Source of the DNA: Actinomycetota bacterium
Lineage (GTDB): Bacteria > Actinomycetota > Acidimicrobiia > Acidimicrobiales > Aldehydirespiratoraceae
Assembly (NCBI GenBank): GCA_039188975.1
Contig: JBCCYT010000002.1
Location: forward strand, 3,021-67,020
DNA length: 64,000 bases
Reading direction: 5' to 3'
The notes under the pieces were generated by a model. That model was not told the DNA's origin. It did no database searches and was given only the letters and a program-made list of their open reading frames with translations. Both the position numbers and the translations under genes were made by a program. This document shows, piece by piece, positions 38,187-48,128 of this stretch. The first letter of the stretch is position 1, and the number at the start of each line of letters is the position of its first letter.

Positions 38187-39010
38187 CGGGGATCCTCACC
38201 CTGGTCGCCACCCCGATCGGTAATCTCGGCGACCTCTCGCCGCGCGCCGTCGAGGCGTTCGAGGCGGCTGATCTGGTGTGCTGTGAGGACACGCGCCGCA
38301 CCGGGGCGCTGCTCAAGCACGTCGGCGTGCGGGTGACCGAGCTTCGACGTCTCGATGATCACACCGAGCACGACACGATTCCGATGCTGCTCGATCGATT
38401 GCGAGCCGGGGCCCAGGTCGTCTTGGTGAGCGATGCAGGAACTCCCGGCATCAGCGACCCAGGTGAACGGCTCGTCGCCGCGGCGGTCGACGCCGAGCTG
38501 AGGGTGACGACCGTGCCCGGGCCGGTGGCGGCGATCGCCGCGCTCGTCTCCAGCGGCCTCCCGAGCGGACGCTTCGTATTCGAGGGATTTCTCGCTCGGA
38601 AGGGCCGCGACCGGACGGCCCAGCTCGCCGCGATCGCGGCGGAGACCCGCACCACCGTCTTCTATGAGTCTCCCAACCGGGTTGCGGCGACCTTGGCGTC
38701 GCTCGCAGAGATCTGCGGTCGCGAGCGACGGGCGGTTGTGGCGCGAGAGTTGACCAAGCTTCATGAGGAACTGCGTCGTGGTCCGCTCGACGAGCTCGCT
38801 GCGTGGGCGGCTGGCGGCGTGAAGGGCGAAGTGGTCGTGATCGTTGCCGGCGCCGACGCGCCGGCTGAGCTCGACGACGATGCGCTTCGTGACCGGCTGC
38901 GAGCCGCGCTCGACGCAGGCTCGAGCCGGCGTGACGCCATCGATCGGGTTGCGGCGGAGACAGGGGCGCGGCGGGGCCGGATTTACGACGTGGCGTTGGA
39001 TCTGGGGTAG
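38183..39010 (+). CDS. rsmI: 16S rRNA (cytidine(1402)-2'-O)-methyltransferase
   Basis: LVATPIGNLGD, CEDTR, VSDAGTPGISDPG, RELTKLHEE. Confidence 0.95.
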   Translation: MTGILTLVATPIGNLGDLSPRAVEAFEAADLVCCEDTRRTGALLKHVGVRVTELRRLDDHTEHDTIPMLLDRLRAGAQVVLVSDAGTPGISDPGERLVAAAVDAELRVTTVPGPVAAIAALVSSGLPSGRFVFEGFLARKGRDRTAQLAAIAAETRTTVFYESPNRVAATLASLAEICGRERRAVVARELTKLHEELRRGPLDELAAWAAGGVKGEVVVIVAGADAPAELDDDALRDRLRAALDAGSSRRDAIDRVAAETGARRGRIYDVALDLG

Positions 39011-39057
39011 CTCGGCGCCGTTCGGGGGAGCCGGCGGTGGCGAGATATCCCCAGGCG

Positions 39058-39079
39058 TGTCACACCCCCTCCGTAGTGT
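39058..39079 (+). promoter_or_regulatory. RecA-NDp/PafBC-like promoter motif TGTCAC-N10-TAGTGT
   Basis: TGTC core, 10-nt spacer, TANNNT, then the rmuC ATG 7 nt downstream. Confidence 0.55.
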
Positions 39080-39086
39080 CGTGGGT

Positions 39087-40472
39087 ATGGAACCTGTGCT
39101 CGTGATCTCACTGCTGATCGCCTTCCTTGCTGTCGCTGCCCTCGGCGCCGGCACGGCCCTCTTTGTCGTACGGAGTCGCACTGCGGCTGAAGGTGAGACG
39201 GTGCAGCGCTTGGCGGCCGAGCTCGCCGCTCGCCACGACGCGCAGGTCGACGGTGTCGTCGAGCGGGTCGTGTCGGTGGCCGGTGACAGCTTCGACAGCC
39301 GATTGCAAACCGGCACCGCTGAGCTCGAGCATCGTCGCCAAGCCATCGACGACCGGCTTGAGGGAGTCGTGAAGTCGTTGGCCGACAAGGTCGACTCCGT
39401 CGACAAGCTGGTTGCCGAGCGTGTCGGTGGCATGTCGGACACCGTTGGGGAGCGAGTCGGCGGGATGTCCAAGAGCCTGGGTCACCAGGTCACCACGATG
39501 AATACCGAACTCGGGCAGCTCCGGATGCTCGTCGGGCAGCTGCAAAAGGAGCGGGCCCAGCAACACGGTCAGTTCGTCGAGTCGCTCGAAGCCGCCACTC
39601 GCCAGCAAAAGGTGCTGGCCGAAACCACCCAGCATCTCCGTGAGGCGTTGGCGAGCCCTCAGGCGCGGGGGCAATGGGGCGAGCGGATGGCCGAGGACGT
39701 GCTGCGCTCGGCCGGGATGCGTGAAGGCATCAACTACCGCAAGCAACGAGCGATCGAGGGCGGCACCCGGCCCGATTTCACGTTCCTGTTGCCCGACGAT
39801 CAGCACCTTCACATGGACGTGAAGTTCCCGGTCGCGAACTATCTGCGCTACCTCGAAGCGCCGTCCGATGCCGAGGCCGCCATCTTGCGCGACCGCTTTC
39901 TCAAAGATGTTCGGGAGCGAGTCAAGGAACTCCACGGCCGCGGCTATGCGGCCTCCGATACGACGGTTGGGTACCTCCTGTTGTTCATCCCCAACGAGAG
40001 CGTGTACGGCTTCATCCACGAAAACGACACCGCACTGCTCGATGACGCCCTCGGCAAGAAGGTCGTCCTGTGCTCGCCGACGACACTGTTCGCGGTCCTC
40101 GGTGTCGTGCGCCAGGCGATGGACACGTTTGCCGTCGAACGCAAGACCGACGAGATCTTGCAGGTGCTCGCCGGTTTCGGTGCCCAGTGGTCGAAGTTCT
40201 CCGACCAGGTCGACAAGGTCGAACGGCATCTGGCGACGCTGACCAACAGCGTCAACGACCTGGCCGGACCGCGTCGCAATCAGCTCGAGCGTCAGCTGAG
40301 CAAGATCGAGACGATCCGGGCGCGCTCGATCGATCCCGGCGCGAACACCGACCACCACGCGTCACCGGACACTCCCGCGGCATTGCCCGCCCAGACCGAC
40401 GCGTCCGCCGACGCGTCGACCGACGGCGCGCTGCCGTTCCTTCGCGAGGTCACCGACCGTAACGCGAGCTGA
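39087..40472 (+). CDS. rmuC: DNA recombination protein RmuC
   Basis: N-terminal TM and coiled coil; RGQWGE, RPD, DVKFP, LFIPNE, SPTTL. Confidence 0.9.
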   Translation: MEPVLVISLLIAFLAVAALGAGTALFVVRSRTAAEGETVQRLAAELAARHDAQVDGVVERVVSVAGDSFDSRLQTGTAELEHRRQAIDDRLEGVVKSLADKVDSVDKLVAERVGGMSDTVGERVGGMSKSLGHQVTTMNTELGQLRMLVGQLQKERAQQHGQFVESLEAATRQQKVLAETTQHLREALASPQARGQWGERMAEDVLRSAGMREGINYRKQRAIEGGTRPDFTFLLPDDQHLHMDVKFPVANYLRYLEAPSDAEAAILRDRFLKDVRERVKELHGRGYAASDTTVGYLLLFIPNESVYGFIHENDTALLDDALGKKVVLCSPTTLFAVLGVVRQAMDTFAVERKTDEILQVLAGFGAQWSKFSDQVDKVERHLATLTNSVNDLAGPRRNQLERQLSKIETIRARSIDPGANTDHHASPDTPAALPAQTDASADASTDGALPFLREVTDRNAS

Positions 40473-40537
40473 TCGGGGCGACCGGCAACACGGGAATACC
40501 CCGTCGGCATCGATGCGTCACCGGTACCCTCGAAGGT

Positions 40538-42193
<1,656 letters not shown>

Positions 42194-42196
42194 CCG

Positions 42197-42964
42197 ATGC
42201 CGTGGGTCGATCAGCACTGCCACATCTCGCCGGGCGCTGACGGGGCGGCGCAGGTGGCTGCTGCTCGTGCCGAACGGGTCGAGCGGATGATCACCGTTGG
42301 ATGTGATCTCGACCAGTCGCGGCAGATGATTGCAACGGCGAGCGAGCACGACGGTGTGTACGCCACGGCCGGGGTCCATCCCCACGACGCAAGCAAGGGC
42401 GTCGACGGCATTGCCGACTTGCTCGAACATCCGCTGGTGGTGGCGGTGGGAGAGGCCGGGCTCGACTACCACTACGACAACTCACCGCGTGAGCTCCAAC
42501 GTGGCGTGTTCGCCGAGCAGATCGGGATGGCGAACGAACGGTCGATGCCGCTGGTGATTCACACCCGCAGTGCGTGGGACGAGACCTTCGAAATCCTCGA
42601 CCGAGAGGGAACGCCTGATCGAACCGTCTTCCACTGCTTCACCGGCGGGCCCGACGAAGCACGCGAGTGCCTCGATCGTGGTGGCATCGTGTCGTTCTCG
42701 GGGATCATTACCTTCCCGAGCGGCCAGGATCTGCGTGACGCGGCGGCACTCGTCCCCCTCGACCGATTGCTCGTCGAAACCGACTCGCCCTATTTGGCTC
42801 CGGTGCCCAACCGGGGGAAACCCAACCAGCCAGCGTGGGTGCCGCTCGTCGGGGCCGCGGTGGCTGCGGCCAAGGGCCTCGGTGTGGACGACGTCGAAGC
42901 CGCAACCTGGGCTACTGCAGCGGCGTTCTACGGCCTCGACGAGGTTGACGCCGCCGCCCGGTAG
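42197..42964 (+). CDS. tatD: TatD family hydrolase
   Basis: DQHCH, GVHPH, GEAGLDY, IHTR, HCFTG, ETDSPYL. Confidence 0.93.
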   Translation: MPWVDQHCHISPGADGAAQVAAARAERVERMITVGCDLDQSRQMIATASEHDGVYATAGVHPHDASKGVDGIADLLEHPLVVAVGEAGLDYHYDNSPRELQRGVFAEQIGMANERSMPLVIHTRSAWDETFEILDREGTPDRTVFHCFTGGPDEARECLDRGGIVSFSGIITFPSGQDLRDAAALVPLDRLLVETDSPYLAPVPNRGKPNQPAWVPLVGAAVAAAKGLGVDDVEAATWATAAAFYGLDEVDAAAR

Positions 42965-42988
42965 CGACGGCGGACTCCACACCCGACA

Positions 42989-43017
42989 TTGCAATTGTGT
43001 TACGACGAACCTAGCGT
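42989..43017 (+). promoter_or_regulatory. Sigma-A-type promoter TTGCAA-N17-TAGCGT of the rpf-like gene (leaderless)
   Basis: -35 at 42989-42994, 17-nt spacer, -10 at 43012-43017, ATG at 43024. Confidence 0.6.
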
Positions 43018-43023
43018 TTCTGC

Positions 43024-43764
43024 ATGGTTCGAGGAAGAGCGCCCCGCCGTGTTGCGGCTGCCGTGAGCAACGCGATCCTCGTCGTCTCACTGCTTGGGAC
43101 CGCGGTCGTCGCCGCCCAACCCGTACCCGAACAGGTCGATATCACCGGGTTCAGCGCACGAGCGGCGGCCTGGTCCGTCGCCAATGTCGCGCATCAGCAG
43201 GCCGCGACCGAACGAGCAATCGCGCTTGGCGAGGAGGCCGCGGCCGAGGAGGCGGCGCTCGCCGCGGTTGCTGCAGCTGCCGCAGCAACGACGACGGCGC
43301 CCCCCACCACGACCACGACCACGACCACCGCGCCCGCATCGACCACGACTGCGGCCCCAACGACCACCGCGGCCCCGGCGACGACGGCGACGCCACCGAC
43401 CGCGCCGGTCGCGGATGAGCCGGCGGCCGATCAGGCCGCCGCCGATGAACACCTTGACGAAGCACCGGTGTCCTCCACCACGACCGAAGTCCCGGCCAGC
43501 GGTCCGACCGCCGAGCAGTGGGAGGCGCTGCGCCAGTGCGAATCGAGCGGCCGCTACGACGCGGTGAGCCCCAATGGCCGCTACCGGGGTGCCTACCAAT
43601 TCTCTCAGGCGACCTGGGACTGGGTTGCCGGTTGGGCGAACGCCGCGCTGATTGGGGTTGATCCCGCGTCGGCGTCGGTCGCTGATCAAGACGCTCAGGC
43701 CCAGGCGCTCTATGATCGCCAGGGCGCTCGCCCCTGGCCTCACTGCGGCAGGTACTTGCCGTGA
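43024..43764 (+). CDS. Resuscitation-promoting factor-like lytic transglycosylase
   Basis: Signal/TM, Thr/Ala linker, C-terminal WEALRQCESSG...YRGAYQF..TW...QG..PWP.C. Confidence 0.88.
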   Translation: MVRGRAPRRVAAAVSNAILVVSLLGTAVVAAQPVPEQVDITGFSARAAAWSVANVAHQQAATERAIALGEEAAAEEAALAAVAAAAAATTTAPPTTTTTTTTAPASTTTAAPTTTAAPATTATPPTAPVADEPAADQAAADEHLDEAPVSSTTTEVPASGPTAEQWEALRQCESSGRYDAVSPNGRYRGAYQFSQATWDWVAGWANAALIGVDPASASVADQDAQAQALYDRQGARPWPHCGRYLP

Positions 43765-43774
43765 GCCCTCGCGC

Positions 43775-44593
43775 GTGACCCACTCGCCAACCGAGCTCCG
43801 AGCGCTGCTCGACCGGCATGGGCTCTCGGCCCGGCGTGCGCTTGGCCAGAACTTCGTGGTCGATCCCAATACCGTCCGTCGAATCGTGGCGCTCAGCGGT
43901 GCTGGCGACGGTGATCCCGTCATCGAGATCGGTCCGGGCTTGGGGTCGCTCACCTTGGCGCTCATCGAGGTGGGCGCATCGATCACCGCGGTCGAGATGG
44001 ATACCGAACTCGTACCGATCCTGCGCGAGGTCGTCGCCCACGGCGACGTGACGATCGTCGAGGGTGATGCTCAGCACGTCGCCTGGGACGATGTGCTGGC
44101 CGACCATCCGGCTTGGAGGCTTGTCGCCAACCTTCCGTACAACGTCGCCACACCGCTCATCCTCGATCTGTTGCGATCCGTCCCGCCCATCAGAGAAATG
44201 CTGGTGATGGTGCAGCTCGAAGTCGCTGAGCGCCTGGCGGCAACGGTCCCCAACCCAGCGATCGGTATTCCGTCGGTGTTGGTCGCGTACCACGGCACGG
44301 CAACGATCGCGGCTCGCATCCCGCCCACCGTGTTCCACCCGCGCCCTCGGGTCGACAGCGCCCTTGTGCGAATCGTCCGTCACGAGACGCCACCGATCGC
44401 CGCACCGATCGAGACGCTGGAGCCGCTGGTACGGGCGGCGTATCGGCAACGTCGCAAGATGATCCGCAAGTCACTCGCCGGGCTGGCGAGTGCGGACCAG
44501 ATGATGGCCGCCGGCATCGACCCACAGGCCCGCCCAGAGACACTGAGCATCGAGTCGTGGGGTCGATTGGCCACCGAGATCGGCACCCGCTGA
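43775..44593 (+). CDS. rsmA: 16S rRNA m6,2A dimethyltransferase KsgA
   Basis: LGQNF, IEIGPGLGSLT, VANLPYN, FHPRPRVDS. Confidence 0.95.
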   Translation: MTHSPTELRALLDRHGLSARRALGQNFVVDPNTVRRIVALSGAGDGDPVIEIGPGLGSLTLALIEVGASITAVEMDTELVPILREVVAHGDVTIVEGDAQHVAWDDVLADHPAWRLVANLPYNVATPLILDLLRSVPPIREMLVMVQLEVAERLAATVPNPAIGIPSVLVAYHGTATIAARIPPTVFHPRPRVDSALVRIVRHETPPIAAPIETLEPLVRAAYRQRRKMIRKSLAGLASADQMMAAGIDPQARPETLSIESWGRLATEIGTR

Positions 44594-44648
44594 TGGCCGC
44601 GAGGGGCGTCGGCTCGGCGGCGCGTCGTCCGCGCTCTAGCCTGCGGCG

Positions 44649-45371
44649 GTGCCGAGCTTTCCCGCGACAACCCTCAACGCGCCGGCGAAGCTGACGCTGT
44701 CGCTGCGGGTGACGGGCGTTCGCGACGACGGCTATCACCTGATCGACGCCGAGATGGTGTCACTCGACTTCCACGACCGGATCGAGGTCGCTCCGGGCGA
44801 TGGGTTGCGGGTTGTGGGAGCACACGGAACCGAAACCGTTGGTCCCGACGTCGACAATCTCGCTCGGCGAGCGCTCGCGCTCGCCGGTCGCACCGCTGAT
44901 GTCACCCTGCACAAGAACATCCCCGCCGGTGCCGGCCTCGGCGGCGGATCGTCAGACGCGGCGGCCATCTTGCGCTGGGCCGGCTTCACCGACCTCGCCG
45001 CCGCCGCCCGGTTGGGCGCCGACATCGCGTATTGCCTGGTTGGTGGTCGCGCCCGAGTCCGAGGGGTGGGCGAGATCGTCGATCCGCTGCCCTTCGTGCC
45101 ACAAACCCTCACGCTCGTGACCCCGCCGGTCTTTTGCGCGACCCCCGAGGTGTATCGGGTGTGGGATGAACTCGGTGGACCGGTCGGGTCGCACGGCAAC
45201 GATCTCGAGCCGGCGGCCCTGACGGTCGCTCCCGAACTCGCACGCTGGCGCGATGAACTGGGCGCCGCAACCGGCGAACAGCCGAGGCTGGCGGGCAGTG
45301 GAAGTACCTGGTTCGTCGAGGGAGCGTTCCCCGACGCAGGACGGGTCGTCACCACGATCCCCGCGCCGTGA
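44649..45371 (+). CDS. ispE: 4-diphosphocytidyl-2-C-methyl-D-erythritol kinase
   Basis: APAKLTLSL, DGYH, IPAGAGLGGGSSDAA, LGAD, NDLE, GSGST. Confidence 0.93.
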   Translation: MPSFPATTLNAPAKLTLSLRVTGVRDDGYHLIDAEMVSLDFHDRIEVAPGDGLRVVGAHGTETVGPDVDNLARRALALAGRTADVTLHKNIPAGAGLGGGSSDAAAILRWAGFTDLAAAARLGADIAYCLVGGRARVRGVGEIVDPLPFVPQTLTLVTPPVFCATPEVYRVWDELGGPVGSHGNDLEPAALTVAPELARWRDELGAATGEQPRLAGSGSTWFVEGAFPDAGRVVTTIPAP

Positions 45372-45434
45372 GCGCGTGGGACCGTCGACAGATCAGAGCA
45401 TCACCAGATGACGGGGGCGCATACGCGCCAGCCA

Positions 45435-45524
45435 TCACTTGCGCTGGTGACGCGTCCTCCGGAGCATCTTCTTGTGCTTCTTCTTGCGCATGCGCTTGCG
45501 GCGCTTCTTGATGAGTGAACCCAT
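45435..45524 (-). CDS. 30S ribosomal protein bS22 (AURKAIP1/COX24 domain), 29 aa
   Basis: Not in the ORF track. Translates MGSLIKKRRKRMRKKKHKKMLRRTRHQRK. Confidence 0.92.
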   Translation of the reverse strand: MGSLIKKRRKRMRKKKHKKMLRRTRHQRK

Positions 45525-45600
45525 ACGGCAGGCGACGCTACCGGGTTCATCACGGTGTGCCACGCGCCCGGCGACACAGTCGATACCGTGTGCAGTTCCT

Positions 45601-45674
45601 TGGCCCGTAGTTCAACTGGTTAGAACGTCGGACTTTGACTCCGGATGTTGCAGGTTCGAGTCCTGCCGGGCCAG
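45601..45674 (+). tRNA. tRNA-Gln(UUG), CCA not encoded
   Basis: Acceptor stem TGGCCCG/CGGGCCA, D arm GTTC/GAAC, anticodon TTG at 45635-45637, T arm GCAGG-TTCGAGT-CCTGC. Confidence 0.95.
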
Positions 45675-45768
45675 CTCAGAAGTCAATGCCACCGCACGGC
45701 GGTTCGCCTGACCGCGCGCTGATCGCGCGGGGTAGGGTCTGGCCCGGGAACCACCGGGGGCTAACGGG

Positions 45769-46755
45769 ATGCAACTTCTCAACCACAAGAAACTGCACGT
45801 CGTCGCGGGTCGAGCCACACAGGCGCTCGCAGGAGAGATCTGCAACGAGCTCGACGTGCGCATGGGCACACCAAACATCGCCGAGTTCGCGAACGGCGAG
45901 ATTCACGTCAAGTACGGCGAGTCGATTCGCGGCTCCGACGTGTTCATCGTGCAGACCCACACCGAGTGGGAGGGCGCCTCGATCAACGACTCCATCATGG
46001 AGCACCTGATCATGGTCGACGCTGCGAAGCGAGCCTCTGCGAAACGCATCACTGCGGTTGCGCCGTTCTATGGCTACAGCCGCCAGGACCGCAAGGCGTC
46101 GGGGCGAGAGCCGATCACCGCCCGCCTCATCGCCGACCTGTTCGAGGCGGCAGGGGCCGATCGATTGATCTCGGTCGACCTCCACAGCGGGCAGATCCAG
46201 GGGTTCTTCGACGGCCCGGTCGATCACCTCACCGCGATGCCGGTGCTCGTCGACTACCTCACCGATCTCAAGGGTGACGAGGACATGGTGATCGTGTCGC
46301 CCGATGCGGGGCGCATGAAGGTCGCCGAGCGCTACACGAACCTGCTCGACGCCGACCTGGCGTACGTGCACAAGCGCCGCTCGACCGAGGAGAAGAACAC
46401 CGTTGAAGCCAAGGAGATCATCGGCGACGTCGCCGGTCGCTGCTGCGTTCTGATCGATGACATGATCGACACCGGCGGCACGATCTGCGCCGCGGCGGAC
46501 CTGCTGCACGAGTACGACGCCGCTCGGATCATCATCGCCACGACCCATGGCGTGTTCTCTGGTCCGGCGATCGACCGCATCAAGAACGCGCCGGTCGAGA
46601 CGGTGCTCGTCACCGACACGTTGCCGCTCCCGAGCGAGAAACGGGCCGACAAGATCACGGTCCTCTCCGTTGCACCGATCATCGCTCAGGCCATCAGTGC
46701 CGTCTTCGAAGACACGTCGGTGAGCGAGATCTTCCAGGGGAACCACCTGGCGTAG
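45769..46755 (+). CDS. prs: Ribose-phosphate pyrophosphokinase
   Basis: FANGEI, YSRQDRK, DLHSGQIQGFF, VSPDAG, IDDMIDTGGT. Confidence 0.96.
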   Translation: MQLLNHKKLHVVAGRATQALAGEICNELDVRMGTPNIAEFANGEIHVKYGESIRGSDVFIVQTHTEWEGASINDSIMEHLIMVDAAKRASAKRITAVAPFYGYSRQDRKASGREPITARLIADLFEAAGADRLISVDLHSGQIQGFFDGPVDHLTAMPVLVDYLTDLKGDEDMVIVSPDAGRMKVAERYTNLLDADLAYVHKRRSTEEKNTVEAKEIIGDVAGRCCVLIDDMIDTGGTICAAADLLHEYDAARIIIATTHGVFSGPAIDRIKNAPVETVLVTDTLPLPSEKRADKITVLSVAPIIAQAISAVFEDTSVSEIFQGNHLA

Positions 46756-46843
46756 GGGTCTCCTGTCCGCCCCGCTAACCTTGACCCCTGGCCCACATCG
46801 GGCCCCACCGTTCGCACTGCGCCCGTTTTGGAGCCGAATTCTC

Positions 46844-47467
46844 ATGTCTGACCTGCTGCTGAGCGCCGAGACCGGGCGCAAGGAAGGCACCCGTCCCTCC
46901 CGCCGACTCCGTCGTGAGGGCAAGATCCCTGCCGTGGTCTACGGCCTCGATACCGATCCGGTCGCCATCTCGGTCGACTGGCCCGAGTTGCGTCGGTGCC
47001 TCACCACCGATGCCGGCCTCAATGCGCTGATCACGCTGGACATCGACGGCTCCAGCCTCTTGTCGGTCGTCAAGGACATCCAGCGGCATCCGACCCGTCG
47101 TGACGTGCTGCACGTGGATTTCTTGCGAGTCACCGAAGATCAGCTGATCGATGTCAGCGTGCCTGTCGTGCTGGTGGGCGAGGCCCGCAACGTCACCATG
47201 TACGACGGTATGGTCGACCAGTCGATGTACGAGATGACGATCTCGGTCAAGCCGACGTCGGTTCCCCAGCAGATCGAGGTCGACGTCACCGAGCTTGAAC
47301 TCGGCGAGACGATCAAGGTCGAAGACGTCGATCTTCCCGATGGTGCGTCATCGCCGATGAACCCGGGTGAGACGGTCGCCATCGCGCTGATCACCCGCTC
47401 GACTCGTGAGGCGATTCGCCGGGCCGAGCAGGCCGAAGCGGCCGAGGCTGAAGAAGCCGAGGGCTGA
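46844..47467 (+). CDS. rplY: 50S ribosomal protein L25/Ctc
   Basis: RRLRREGKIPAVVYG, LHVDF; long form with C-terminal beta domain. Confidence 0.94.
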   Translation: MSDLLLSAETGRKEGTRPSRRLRREGKIPAVVYGLDTDPVAISVDWPELRRCLTTDAGLNALITLDIDGSSLLSVVKDIQRHPTRRDVLHVDFLRVTEDQLIDVSVPVVLVGEARNVTMYDGMVDQSMYEMTISVKPTSVPQQIEVDVTELELGETIKVEDVDLPDGASSPMNPGETVAIALITRSTREAIRRAEQAEAAEAEEAEG

Positions 47468-47488
47468 GCCCTCCCGGCCTGACCTCCC

Positions 47489-48100
47489 ATGGTCCGGTCC
47501 AACCGCGAACGATCTGCGACACCGGTTGATCTGGTTGTCGTCGGGCTCGGGAATCCGGGTGACGACTACGCCCAGACACGGCACAACGCCGGCTTTTGGG
47601 TCGTGGATGAGCTGGTGCGTCGACACGGCGGCAAGCTCCGCCGGGGACGCCGTGATCACGCCGAGAGCGACGTGTTGCGGCTGGGCGATCGGCGGGTCGT
47701 CGTGGCCCAACCGACCACGTTCTACAACGAGGCTGGCCGCGCGGTTGGCGCCTTGCTCAAGAAGCACGGCATCGTCGACCACAGCCGACTCGTGCTGGTG
47801 CATGACGAGCTCGATCTGCCGGTCGGTCGGATGAAGCTCAAGTTCGGGGGCGGCCTCGCAGGCAACAACGGCCTCAAATCGGTTCGGGCCCACCTGCGTA
47901 GCGAGGACTTCTCCCGGGTACGGGTCGGGGTCGGAAAGCCTGCGTCGGGCACGGTCACCGGCCGTGACTGGGTGTTGAAGCGACCCGCTCGCGCCGAACG
48001 CCCAATCCTCGAGCAGGTCGTGGCCGATGCCGCCGATGCGCTCGAATACCTCGCCGGGACCGACATCGAGGCGGCGATGAACCTCTACAACCGATCGTGA
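47489..48100 (+). CDS. pth: Peptidyl-tRNA hydrolase
   Basis: VGLGNPG, TRHNAGF, HDELDL. Confidence 0.94.
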   Translation: MVRSNRERSATPVDLVVVGLGNPGDDYAQTRHNAGFWVVDELVRRHGGKLRRGRRDHAESDVLRLGDRRVVVAQPTTFYNEAGRAVGALLKKHGIVDHSRLVLVHDELDLPVGRMKLKFGGGLAGNNGLKSVRAHLRSEDFSRVRVGVGKPASGTVTGRDWVLKRPARAERPILEQVVADAADALEYLAGTDIEAAMNLYNRS

Positions 48101-48128
48101 CCGCACCATCTCCAACCAAACCCACACC

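Noticed and set aside
40491..40520. GGGAAT upstream of metG as a SigH/SigR -35
   Set aside because: No GTT -10 at the proper spacing; TACCCT-N7-GTG explains the promoter better.
43285..43405. ACGACC-type repeats resembling a repeat array
   Set aside because: They encode the Thr/Ala linker of the Rpf-like protein; no repeat-spacer structure, so not CRISPR.
45601..45768. tRNA-Gln as an integration site
   Set aside because: No integrase, no duplicated tRNA 3' end seen, and core genes on both sides.
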